This document shows, one piece after another, positions 1 through 9,010 of a DNA stretch of 64,000 nt. The notes below the pieces were generated by a model that saw only the letters and a list, made by a program, of their open reading frames with translations, was not told the DNA's origin and did not search any database. The stretch covers positions 1-64,000 of the forward strand of contig CAWCUS010000003.1 of NCBI GenBank assembly GCA_963798845.1, written 5' to 3'. A program made the position numbers and the translations under genes. The stretch comes from an uncultured Gemmatimonadales bacterium (lineage in GTDB: Bacteria > Gemmatimonadota > Gemmatimonadetes > Longimicrobiales > RSA9). The stretch's first letter is position 1. Each line of letters starts with the position of its first letter.

Positions 1-549
1 GCGGCGGTAGTGCATGGCGACGGCGCCGTTGCGGAGCGGCCTCGCCGAGACCAGCTCGAGCCGTCGCGTGGCGGGCAGCCCGCCCTGGTACAGGGTCGGG
101 CCGTGGCCGGCGATCCTGGGGTGGACGAGGAACCTGTACTCGTCGATCAGGTCCAGCCGGTCGAGCGCCGTCGCGAGCTTGCCGCTGCCGAGGAGCACGC
201 CGGCCGGGGTCGCGTCCTTGAGCTTCTGCACGCCCGTGCGCAGGTCGCCGGCGATGTGGTGGCTGTTGGTCCACGGGAAGTGGCTTCGCGTGGACGACAC
301 CACGTACTTGGGCTTGGCCTCCAGCTTGACCGCCCACTCGCGCATCGCCGGCGGCGCCTCCTCGTCGCCGCGGGCGACGGCCGGCCAGTAGCTCTCCATC
401 ATCTCGTAGGTGACGCGGCCCCACAGCATCGCCCCGGCCTCGTCCATGAGATGGGTGAAGAAGGCGTGCGTCTCGTCATCGGCGATTCCCTCACGGTGGT
501 CGACGCAGCCGTCGAGGGTGAGGTTGATGCTGAAGGTCAGGAGTCCCAT
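1..549 (-). CDS. Dihydrofolate reductase-like (RibD C-terminal domain) protein, 3' end beyond window
   Basis: Not in the ORF track. Manual translation from ATG 549: MGLLTFSINLTLDGCVDH...MLWGRVTYEMM...DLIDEYRFLVHPRIAGHG, the typical RibD_C motifs. Open to position 1. Confidence 0.9.
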   Translation of the reverse strand, partial: MGLLTFSINLTLDGCVDHREGIADDETHAFFTHLMDEAGAMLWGRVTYEMMESYWPAVARGDEEAPPAMREWAVKLEAKPKYVVSSTRSHFPWTNSHHIAGDLRTGVQKLKDATPAGVLLGSGKLATALDRLDLIDEYRFLVHPRIAGHGPTLYQGGLPATRRLELVSARPLRNGAVAMHYRR

Positions 550-768
550 GGCGGCGAGTCTACTCCAGGTCGGGTGGACCGCGGGGCTGTCGCCCGTCGA
601 CAGGCACCCCGCAGCGGGCCAAGCATGCCTGCCGCCCACGGCCGGCAATCACAGGAGCGGTCGCCAGATGGTCCGCGGCGCCTGATCTAGCCTGCGTCCG
701 CAGGAATCGCTAGTCGGCTGGCCCCGTGCGCACGACTCCCGGGATGGCGGTTCGCCACGGCAGCCAGG

Positions 769-1359
769 TCACGGAAACCGGACCATCGTTGGCTTTCCGA
801 AGACGCAGCCGCTCGCTCCGACGATCAGGAAGGACATGAGCCCGCAGTAGGGTCCACCGTGGCCGGTGACCAGCCCCACCGGACGGACGCCGGGCGGGAT
901 GGGGAAGGAGCGTGACGTGCTCACGGACTCCCCTGGCCCCAGGAGCGCGTCGAGGGGCGCATCCGAGGCCCGGCCTTCGGGAGCGTAGCGCCTGCCATGG
1001 TCGTCGAGGACGTAGATCCAGGGACCGCGGGCACGCTGGGAGATGCGGCGGGCGCGGCTGGAGATGCGCAGGCCGACCTGGTACGTGAGACCGGCGGCCC
1101 CCGGGGTCGGGGATACGTTCTCGACGGTCAGGCACCAGTCGTCGAAACACCATGGCTCGCCCACCAGGAGGACGCGGCGCGGACGGACGAGCGATACGCC
1201 GAGGCCGACAAGGAGGTACCCGGCGAGGGAGAGAGCAAGACCGCGGAGAAGCCGGCGCGATGCCGACCAGCGTCGGGCCACCGCTAGGACCGCGGCCACC
1301 ACCAGCGACACCAGTGTCGCGAGGACGGCGAGGAGGAAGAAGATATCGAAGACGCTCAT
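769..1359 (-). CDS. Hypothetical membrane protein (two N-terminal TM helices, Ig-like C-terminal part)
   Basis: 196-aa ORF with hydrophobic N-terminus and WCFDDWC motif. Confidence 0.65.
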   Translation of the reverse strand: MSVFDIFFLLAVLATLVSLVVAAVLAVARRWSASRRLLRGLALSLAGYLLVGLGVSLVRPRRVLLVGEPWCFDDWCLTVENVSPTPGAAGLTYQVGLRISSRARRISQRARGPWIYVLDDHGRRYAPEGRASDAPLDALLGPGESVSTSRSFPIPPGVRPVGLVTGHGGPYCGLMSFLIVGASGCVFGKPTMVRFP

Positions 1360-1452
1360 CGGCAGGAAGGTCGATGATATGCTCGCGGACCCGGACTTCG
1401 AACCCGCCGCCAGTTCAGCCCAGGCGGCCCCCGGGCAGCCCGGCGATGGCGC

Positions 1453-2127
1453 TCAGATGGCCTCGGCGACCACGACCTCCGACGTGATCCCGAACCGGGC
1501 GACGCGCGCGACGTGGCGCACGCGCCAGTCTGCCGCGGGGAGCTCCTCGGCGAGGAGGAAGGGCGCGCAGCCGCCGACCAGCCACGGGCTGATGGCGTGG
1601 ACGCCTCGCCAGATGGCGGACACGGCGGACGTGAAGGGTCCCTGGCCGGGCGCGAGGCCGGCGTGGCAGAGGAGCCCGCCTGTGCGAAGGACGCGCTGAC
1701 ATTCCCGGATGGTGGCGGGCCGGTCGTCGTCGCCGAGGAGGTCCAGGACGTAGGTCGTGACCACGCGGTCGATGGATCCGCTGTCGGGAGGCAGGGGCTG
1801 TTCGCCGCCCTTGACCTGGACGACCCGCGCGCGATCCCGCCACGGGGCGACGCGGGCGCGGGAGAGACGCACCATGGTCGGGCTCACGTCGATCCCGAGG
1901 TAGGTGGCCTCCGGCGGGAGCCAGTCGGTCAGGAGGCGCTCGGCGAGGCGGCCGGTGCCGCAGCCGATCTCCAGCACGCGCCCGGCGTCGCCGAGCCTGG
2001 CCTCGGCCAGGAGTCGATCCACGGCCGCATCTTCGTAGAACGCCTGCGTGTCCTGCGCGGAGCCGATCCGGTCGTAGAAGCGGGCGGCCTGTGCGGGCCC
2101 GAAACGCCCCCTGCCGGAAGATGCCAT
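1453..2127 (-). CDS. Class I SAM-dependent methyltransferase
   Basis: VLEIGCGTG motif I, YLGIDVS, DRVVTTYVLD; start placed at MASSG after a purine-rich RBS. Confidence 0.9.
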   Translation of the reverse strand: MASSGRGRFGPAQAARFYDRIGSAQDTQAFYEDAAVDRLLAEARLGDAGRVLEIGCGTGRLAERLLTDWLPPEATYLGIDVSPTMVRLSRARVAPWRDRARVVQVKGGEQPLPPDSGSIDRVVTTYVLDLLGDDDRPATIRECQRVLRTGGLLCHAGLAPGQGPFTSAVSAIWRGVHAISPWLVGGCAPFLLAEELPAADWRVRHVARVARFGITSEVVVAEAI

Positions 2128-2357
2128 CGTGCCCCCCTTTCCCCGCCGATGATACTGCGGGGCGGCGCGCCAGGCCAACGAGCGGGCGCCCCGCCGAGGG
2201 TGCATTGGCCCCCGTTCGTAGCGGCGGCTACGTTCGACGCGGGCCGACAGCGCCGCGTGTGAACGGATGAGTTCGCGACAGTACCCGGCCTTGCGCGGCG
2301 GGGAAGGGAGCGGCCTGAGAGGGGCGGGAGCAACCCGAGAAAGGGTGGAGGCGAGCC

Positions 2358-2789
2358 GTGAAGATCGGGATCATCATCTGTGACCGGTACCGGGGTTGCG
2401 CGGGAGGGAAGTGCTTCCGGGCGGCGCGTGAGCGCGTGGGCGGCTTCGCCGGGTACCCGGCGGATGAGCCGCTGGAAATAGTGGGCTACACGGGCTGTGG
2501 CGGCTGTCCGGGCGGGAACATCGAGTACGCGCCGGAGGAGATGATCCGGAACGGCGCGGAGGCCATCCACCTGGCGACGGGATTCGTGGTGGGCTACCCG
2601 CCCTGTCCCCACCTCGACTATTTCCGGGAGTTCATCGAGGCGCGCTACGGCGTGCCGGTGGTGGTCGGCACGCACCCCATCCCGGAGAAGTACCTGTCGG
2701 CGCACGGCCCGCTGGGCTCGCTGCCCGTGCTGCTGGAGCACGAGGCGCTGCTGGCTTCGCCGGACGTTCGCCGCGCCTACGACTCCTGA
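2358..2789 (+). CDS. CGGC domain-containing protein
   Basis: IIICDRYRGCAGGKC, TGCGGCPG, AIHL, C-terminal VVVGTH. Confidence 0.9.
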   Translation: MKIGIIICDRYRGCAGGKCFRAARERVGGFAGYPADEPLEIVGYTGCGGCPGGNIEYAPEEMIRNGAEAIHLATGFVVGYPPCPHLDYFREFIEARYGVPVVVGTHPIPEKYLSAHGPLGSLPVLLEHEALLASPDVRRAYDS

Positions 2790-2941
2790 CGCACCACATC
2801 GAGATCGTCCACGAAGGCTTCACCATCGTGCCGCCGCCGTAACCGGGGCTCCGGGTGACGAGCCCGGTCCGGGAGGCGCGCCGGAGCCCCGCCCCGGAGC
2901 CGCGCCGGCGGAGCCCCGGCCCGGCGCCCGCGCGGCCGTCC

Positions 2942-4756
2942 TTACGGCGCCTCGATGGCCGCGGCCACCCTGCGCCGGAATTCGAGGATCGCCGCGGGGT
3001 CGGTGGCGTATCGCGAGATGCTGGTCACCGTGTTGACCCGGAGGAGCGGGTGGTCGGGGTGCCTGGCCTCGAGCAGGTAGAGAAACTCGGCGTCCTCGAT
3101 GCCGTCGCGGAAGCTCTCGTAGCGCAGCGAGCTGTAGATGACGCCCTCGGCGCCGGGATAGACGAGGGTGCCATCGAGGGAGCGCTTGTCGACGTTCCAT
3201 CGCACGCGCAGCTCGTCGCTGGCGATGGGGTGGTAGCTGCCGATCGACCCCCTGGAGAACAGCTGCCAGTACTCGAAGCCCTGCACCCTGAACGCGTAGC
3301 TCATCGGGCCGATGATGCGGGCGTCCACGAGGGGGTACTCGAGGAAGAGGTTGGGGTGCCCGTCGGGCCACAGGTTCACGTTCCACCACAGGTCGTCGAG
3401 GGCGCGGGGGTGCTGCCGCCTGTAGCCGTCGACGCGGGTGACGTCGAACCAGCCCAGGGTGACGTCGAGGGCGTCGAAGTAGCCCAGCAGGTCGGGGATG
3501 ATGGTGCGGTTGTCCTGGTTCGTGTTCTGGAGGAAGGCGACGTCGGGCACGATCCCGTGCACGAACGAGTAGACCTTCCTGGCCTGGCCCACCGCATCCC
3601 CCCACGGCTCATCCACGCCGTAGACGTAGGCCATGTCGGCGAGCCCGCGCGAGCGCAGGTAGGGGGCGTAATCCTCGAGGTAGTCGCGCAGCCGTCGCTC
3701 GCGGACGTCCACGCGGTCGGGGAGCGCGTAGATGTTCGAGGTCAGCGCGATCCAGAAGTTGTTCGCGCCGTGGTCGAGCATGTAGTCGATGAGCCGGCCC
3801 GTGCGCTCCGCGTTGAAGACGTGGCCGTCGTGTGTGGGGAAGCCGTAGTCGGTGTTGCCGTCCCCGCGCCAGTCCCAGCTCCTCAGGCCGTTGGCAAGGT
3901 AGGGCGTCGGAGGGAGCCGGTTGCGGAAGCCCAGATCGGCGAGGGCCAGCATGCGCGTCATCCGCTGGTCGTCGCTGAAGCGGACTCCCGGCCACATGTC
4001 GCGCAGGATGCCCCAGCCCGCGAGCGCCGCCGTCCTGAAGCGGCCGGTCTTCGGAACCTCGAAGTCCCAGACGTGGGCCCGCAGCGTCACGCGCCGCTCC
4101 AGGCTCGCCCCCGCGGTGGCCGTGGAGCCCGTGGAGCCAGTAGCGCCCGGGGCCCGGATGAGCAGGCTGCCGACGTAGTCGCCGGCGGGCGTGGCCAGCC
4201 GCGCGTACACGGTGACGAGGTAGGGCTGGAGCACGCCGGCGGCAAGATCCAGCGGCTGGTTGGGCAGCAGCGGATCCGGATGCCAGCCGACGCGGTCGCC
4301 CTCCACCTTGGCGGCGAGGAGGTTCACGTAGCCGACGACGTTGATGGTCACGTCGTCGGCGGGGATGGCGCCGCCGCCGCCCACCCTCCGCAGGTCGCTC
4401 ACGGAGACCTCGACCCGCTCGACGTCCGCGAGCGGGAAGAGCACGATCTGTGTGGCCTCGTACTCGTTGCGCGCCAGCTCGACGCGCGCCTCGCCGCCCA
4501 TGACGCCGTGGAAGTCGGTCGGGTCCTCGAAGAACACCTTGTTCATCGACGTCGTGACGCCGACATCCACCGGCAGCTCGACGTCGCAACCATCGCCCGC
4601 GCACGCGTCGGTGGCGGCCCCGCCGCAGCCCTCACCCACGCACGGCTCGACGTCCCGCCTCGGGAGGTCGCTCCCGACCGCGCTCCGGGTCCAGCCCCCG
4701 ACCAGGCCGAGGGCGAGGAGCGCGATGGCGTGCGGCGTGGACGGGCGTGTCGTCAT
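2942..4756 (-). CDS. Secreted glycoside hydrolase-like protein (DUF4091 / GH123-like)
   Basis: Signal peptide; LARNEYEATQ, WHPDPL, YGVDEP, DGTLVYPG, SLRYESFRDGIEDAE; AGGAG RBS. Confidence 0.8.
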   Translation of the reverse strand: MTTRPSTPHAIALLALGLVGGWTRSAVGSDLPRRDVEPCVGEGCGGAATDACAGDGCDVELPVDVGVTTSMNKVFFEDPTDFHGVMGGEARVELARNEYEATQIVLFPLADVERVEVSVSDLRRVGGGGAIPADDVTINVVGYVNLLAAKVEGDRVGWHPDPLLPNQPLDLAAGVLQPYLVTVYARLATPAGDYVGSLLIRAPGATGSTGSTATAGASLERRVTLRAHVWDFEVPKTGRFRTAALAGWGILRDMWPGVRFSDDQRMTRMLALADLGFRNRLPPTPYLANGLRSWDWRGDGNTDYGFPTHDGHVFNAERTGRLIDYMLDHGANNFWIALTSNIYALPDRVDVRERRLRDYLEDYAPYLRSRGLADMAYVYGVDEPWGDAVGQARKVYSFVHGIVPDVAFLQNTNQDNRTIIPDLLGYFDALDVTLGWFDVTRVDGYRRQHPRALDDLWWNVNLWPDGHPNLFLEYPLVDARIIGPMSYAFRVQGFEYWQLFSRGSIGSYHPIASDELRVRWNVDKRSLDGTLVYPGAEGVIYSSLRYESFRDGIEDAEFLYLLEARHPDHPLLRVNTVTSISRYATDPAAILEFRRRVAAAIEAP

Positions 4757-5357
4757 GGGCGATGACTCCTGGAGGTGGATGCGCGTCCATGCTAGCAGCC
4801 GCACGGCAGGAGGGGAACGCGTCCGATCCCCGTGGCGGGACGACCGGGGCGCCGGCGGACTCGGTCGTCCACGCGGCTCCGCGCTTGACCTGTCCAGCGG
4901 AGACTACCCACCTTCCGGAAGCGCGACCCGCCCGCCGCGACCGCCCCGGCGAACATCCGGGGCTCCCGTCCCTCGAGCCCACGCCCCCATGCCCAGAACC
5001 GACGGCGTCCTGTTTTCCGACCCGCTCGAGATCGCGCCCGGCGCCACGGCGGTGCCGGATCCGACGCGTCTCCTGCTCGCCTTCCGCCTGGAGCCCGCCG
5101 CCGAGGGCGGAGCGCCGCGCCGCGCCATGTCGCTGGAGGAGGTGCGCGTGCGGCTGGAGAAGACCGGGCTGCGGCTCATCGGCGAGGGTCGGGAGGCTGG
5201 TCTTCGTCGAGCGCACGCGCGTCCGCACCACGCTCGGCGGCTGCCCCGGCATCCTGACGCTGGAGCCCGGGTCCAGCTTCGAGTGCGGCCATACGGCCCC
5301 GCCGGCCGCGCTGGAGGTCGCCGGCGGGACGATCGGAGGGAAGGGGGAGGGGGAGGG

Positions 5358-6584
5358 ATCGGCAGGACGGATTCGCGCGGGCTCGCGCGGCTGGCCGCGG
5401 CGGCCGGCCTGGCGCTCGCCCTCGCGCTGGCGGCGTGCTCGGACAGCGGGACCACCGGGCCGGACATCCGTGAGCGCGGCGACCTGATCAGCGCCACGCT
5501 GCGCGCGAACTGGTCCACCGATCTCGCCCTGACGCTGCTCCAGCAGGTAGCGGACACCTCGTTCGGGACGCCGCGCTACGCGGTCGCAATGTACGCCATC
5601 ACCTACGCCACGGTGGGGCCGGACGGGACGCCCGCCACGGCGAGCGCTGGCGTGTACCTGCCGATCTCGCCGAACGGCCCCGTCCCGCTCATGTCCTACT
5701 CCCACGGCACGGTGACGTCGAGGACGGAGGTGCCATCGAACCCGACGAGCCTGGAGGGGGAGGCGAACGGAGTGCTCCAGTCGTCGCTGGGCAACGTGCT
5801 CGTGGCCGCGGACTACCTGGGGCTGGGGCAGAGCGACTTCCCCTTCCACCCGTACCTCCACGCCGCGTCCGAGGCGTCCGCGGGGCTGGACGCGCTGCGG
5901 GCGGCGAGGGAGCTCGCGGCGGAGAAGGACGTCGAGCTGGACGGCCACCTCTTCATCTACGGCTACTCCCAGGGCGGGCAGGCGGCCATGGCGCTGGCCA
6001 GGGAGCTGGAGCTGAACCACGGTGACGAGTTCACGGTCACGGCGGCCGCGCCCATGTCGGGGCCATACGACATGTACGGCTCGACGCAGACGGCCATCGG
6101 GAGCACCGTGGCGAACGAGCCGCAGGCGTTCTACGCCGTCTACACGCTGGCGGCGTGGAACCGCGTGTACGGCTTCGCGTCCCACCTGGACGCGCTGCTG
6201 AAGCCGCCGTACGACGCGCTGGCCGACCAGATCGCGACCACCGGGAACGCGCCGCCGTCGGTCCTCGCCCAGCTGGCGCCCGTGCCGCGCGACAACCTGC
6301 AGCCGGCAGCCATTTCAGCAGTGCTGGACGAGCCGGACAGCGAGCTGGCGCAGGCGCTGAAGGAGAACGACACGTACGGCTGGGCGCCCACTGCGCCCAT
6401 GCGCCTGTACTACGGCAGCGCGGACACCGACGTCCCGCCGCAGAACGCGCTGACGGCGGCCGCGCGGATGAAATCGCTGGGCGCAGACGTCGAGGCGGAG
6501 GACCTGGGCCCGCTCGACCACCGGGGTGCGGTGGTGCCGGCGATCGTGGCGGCGCGGGCGTGGTTCGACACGTTCCTGCACTGA
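5358..6584 (+). CDS. Secretory lipase-like alpha/beta hydrolase lipoprotein (start uncertain)
   Basis: LAAC lipobox, YSHGT, DYLGLG, GYSQGG nucleophile elbow, DTDVP, DH. No canonical start near the signal peptide; nearest in-frame upstream ATGs are ~5127 and 4989. Confidence 0.8.
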   Translation: MGRTDSRGLARLAAAAGLALALALAACSDSGTTGPDIRERGDLISATLRANWSTDLALTLLQQVADTSFGTPRYAVAMYAITYATVGPDGTPATASAGVYLPISPNGPVPLMSYSHGTVTSRTEVPSNPTSLEGEANGVLQSSLGNVLVAADYLGLGQSDFPFHPYLHAASEASAGLDALRAARELAAEKDVELDGHLFIYGYSQGGQAAMALARELELNHGDEFTVTAAAPMSGPYDMYGSTQTAIGSTVANEPQAFYAVYTLAAWNRVYGFASHLDALLKPPYDALADQIATTGNAPPSVLAQLAPVPRDNLQPAAISAVLDEPDSELAQALKENDTYGWAPTAPMRLYYGSADTDVPPQNALTAAARMKSLGADVEAEDLGPLDHRGAVVPAIVAARAWFDTFLH

Positions 6585-6670
6585 CGGTCGTGGAACGGGC
6601 GCGCCGGTCCAACCCTTCCGGTGTTCCTGCTGTCTCACCTGTGGTGACCCACCAACCGGAGACCGCATCC

Positions 6671-7477
6671 ATGCGACGCAAGGCCATTCTGACGACGATC
6701 CTCGCCGCCACGCTCCTCCCCGCCGCCCTCGCCGCGCAGGCAGCGCCCGCGCGCGTTCAGGAGGACACGGACTGCCAGGGGAACGACAGGCACCGCGACC
6801 GGTACTGCGAGGTGCGGGAATTCACGCTGGAAGCCAGGCCGTCGCTCGACGTGGACGCCGGTCAGAACGGCGGCATCCACGTCACCGGATGGGACCGCGA
6901 CGAGGTCCGGCTGGAGGCCCGGATCCAGGCCTCCAGCCGGAACGACGACCCGCGCGCGCTGGCCCGTGAGGTCGAGATACGGACCGGGGCCGTGATCGAG
7001 GCGGACGGCCCGAGAACGGGAGGGCGGGATTCGTGGGCGGTGAGCTTCGAGCTCATGGTGCCGCGCGCCACGGCGCTCCGCCTGGGCGCGCACAACGGCG
7101 GGATCGGCGTGGAGGGGCTCACGGGCGATGTGGAGGCGCGGACCACCAACGGCGGACTGTCCGTGGCGGGGGGCGCCGGGCGGGTGCGGGGTCACACCAC
7201 GAACGGCGGGATCCGCCTCGAGCTGAGCGGCAGCGCGTGGCAGGGCGAGGGCGTGGACCTGGAAACGACGAACGGCGGCGTCCGGATCACCGTTCCGGAA
7301 GACTATTCGGCGCGCCTGGAAACCGGAACCGTGAACGGCGGCATACAGATGGACATCCCGATCATGGTCCAGGGCCGCCTCGACCGGACGATCCGGACCG
7401 AGCTGGGCAATGGTGGCTCCATGATCCGCGCGGTCACCACCAACGGCGGGGTGGTGGTCGAGCGCGGTCGAGGCTGA
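6671..7477 (+). CDS. DUF4097 family beta-strand repeat protein
   Basis: Signal peptide; repeated (T/H)NGG(I/V/L) motifs. Confidence 0.85.
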   Translation: MRRKAILTTILAATLLPAALAAQAAPARVQEDTDCQGNDRHRDRYCEVREFTLEARPSLDVDAGQNGGIHVTGWDRDEVRLEARIQASSRNDDPRALAREVEIRTGAVIEADGPRTGGRDSWAVSFELMVPRATALRLGAHNGGIGVEGLTGDVEARTTNGGLSVAGGAGRVRGHTTNGGIRLELSGSAWQGEGVDLETTNGGVRITVPEDYSARLETGTVNGGIQMDIPIMVQGRLDRTIRTELGNGGSMIRAVTTNGGVVVERGRG

Positions 7478-7548
7478 ACGGACCGCCGTCGGGGCGGGCG
7501 GTAGGGCAGCGACCGCCGACTCGGCGCCTTCCCCGCGCAGCCACCGCT

Positions 7549-8148
7549 TCACGCAGGCCGCGGCTCCTCCTGCTCGGGGAGCCCGATGTCCGACCAGGCG
7601 GTGACGTCCCGCCAGGCGCCTAGCGGGAGCGGCGCGGCCCACACCGGCCTCGCTTTCGAGCGCGCCGTCGCCGGGAACCACGCCAGCTCGCGACCCACCC
7701 GGTCCCGGCGCGCGGCGGAGACGCACCAGATGCCGCGCAGGCCCCCCGCGTGGACGGCTTCCCCGACGGCCTGGCAGCGGGCGTGGTCCACGGGCGCGCC
7801 GCCCGCGTCCAGCGGATAGCTCGCCGGCAGCCCCAGCGCTTCCAGCCCCGACGGCGTCGCAGCGTCCGCGCACGCCTGGCTCCGCGGGAGCGTCGCAGCC
7901 ACGAGCACGTAGGCGTCGTCGTCCAGGTCGTCCAGCGTGAACGGCGTGCCGTCGAGGAGCCGCTGGACCTGCATGCGCGCGGTCGGCACGTCGCCGTTGA
8001 GGTAGAGCGTCGGATAGGAGCCCGGGGGATTCCAGCGGCCGCCCGCCGTCGCCGCGTGCGACGCGTCCAGCGGGTCCACCCACTCCGGCTCCGCCACCCG
8101 CAGCCACGCCCGCCCGTCGGGAAGCGACACCTCGCGCGCCCGCGTCAA
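7549..8148 (-). CDS. RES domain toxin (putative NAD+ phosphorylase family)
   Basis: GGRWNPPGSYPTLYL, CQAVGEAVHAGGLRGIWCVSA; TTG start overlaps the antitoxin stop (TTGA). Confidence 0.8.
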   Translation of the reverse strand: MTRAREVSLPDGRAWLRVAEPEWVDPLDASHAATAGGRWNPPGSYPTLYLNGDVPTARMQVQRLLDGTPFTLDDLDDDAYVLVAATLPRSQACADAATPSGLEALGLPASYPLDAGGAPVDHARCQAVGEAVHAGGLRGIWCVSAARRDRVGRELAWFPATARSKARPVWAAPLPLGAWRDVTAWSDIGLPEQEEPRPA

Positions 8149-8567
8149 GGCTGCACCCGACGCAGGTCCAGCATCTCCGCGACCGCCTCGCGGATCTCCC
8201 CGTGCCGACCTTCGCACGCCAGCTCGTACAGCGACCGCCCCTCCAGCAGCGGCGCGGGCCGCCGAACCACCGCCGGGATCCGCTCCCGCTTGACGCGGCG
8301 GTCCAGGAGGTCGGTGGCCGCGGCGAGGTCCGCCACCGCCGTCGCCCGGTCCGACGGCACGCCACGCTCCAGCCACTTCGAGAACGCCTGGCGCGTCACC
8401 CCGAACAGCCGCGCCGCCTCCGCGTTCGACAGCCCCCACAGCCGCGTCAGCCGCTCCAGCGGCTCCTTCCGCACCGCCCTGTCCAGCTCGTCCGTCACCC
8501 TCCGCAGCCAGTCCAGGTCCGGAGCTTCCGCGATCAGCCGCTCCGCCACGTCGTGCGCCGTCTGCAT
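8145..8567 (-). CDS. Xre/MbcA-like antitoxin with HTH
   Basis: LSNAEAARLFGVTRQAFSKW HTH; RRPAPLLEGRSLYEL C-terminal segment; GGAGG RBS; lies upstream of the RES gene. Confidence 0.8.
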   Translation of the reverse strand: MQTAHDVAERLIAEAPDLDWLRRVTDELDRAVRKEPLERLTRLWGLSNAEAARLFGVTRQAFSKWLERGVPSDRATAVADLAAATDLLDRRVKRERIPAVVRRPAPLLEGRSLYELACEGRHGEIREAVAEMLDLRRVQP

Positions 8568-8622
8568 GCTTCCTCCCGCGTTCTGGAACCCGGGCACCCT
8601 CAGCCGGACGTCACCCGCAGCC

Positions 8623-8706
8623 CGCAACCTGACGTCAACGCAACTTCGTCAACCGCAACCTTACGTCAACCGCAACCTAACGTCAACCGCAACCCTCTGT
8701 CAACCC
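8623..8706 (-). promoter_or_regulatory. About five degenerate 17-bp tandem repeats (CGTCAACCGCAACCTWA) forming sigma70-like promoter/operator elements for the TA operon
   Basis: Minus strand TTGACG(8686-8681)-N17-TAAGGT(8663-8658) and TTGACA(8703-8698)-N18-TAGGTT. Confidence 0.7.
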
Positions 8707-8938
8707 TCGTACGGTGCGAGGACCAGGCGGAGGGTCGGCCGGCTGTGGGCCGCGCTCCAGGACGGAGGGGGAGAGAGCCAGTGCGGCTGGCTGAAGGATC
8801 GCTTCGGAGTGAGCTGGCAGGTCGTGCCGCGGCGGCTGCCGTCGCTCCTGGGCGATCCGGACCGGCCGCCGCGGGCGGGCCATGCAGGCGATGCTCGGCA
8901 TGAGGATGCTCGACATCGCGGCTGGAGCGGGCGGCGGA
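8706..8938 (+). pseudogene. C-terminal remnant of a VOC/PhnB-like (3-demethylubiquinone-9 methyltransferase family) gene
   Basis: LVRCEDQAE / VGRLWAALQDGGGESQCGWLKDRFGVSWQVVP / AMQAMLGMRMLDIA split over different frames; no N-terminal half. Confidence 0.8.
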
Positions 8939-8974
8939 CGGAGTGGCAGCCCAGCGATCGTCGGGGTGAAAATG

Positions 8975-9010
8975 GAAGCCCGGGACGACGCGCGCGTCGT
9001 CCCGGGCTTC
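8975..9010. terminator. Perfect 36-bp palindrome, terminator-like hairpin
   Basis: GAAGCCCGGGACGACGCG|CGCGTCGTCCCGGGCTTC; followed by CATTTT on the minus strand. Confidence 0.65.
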
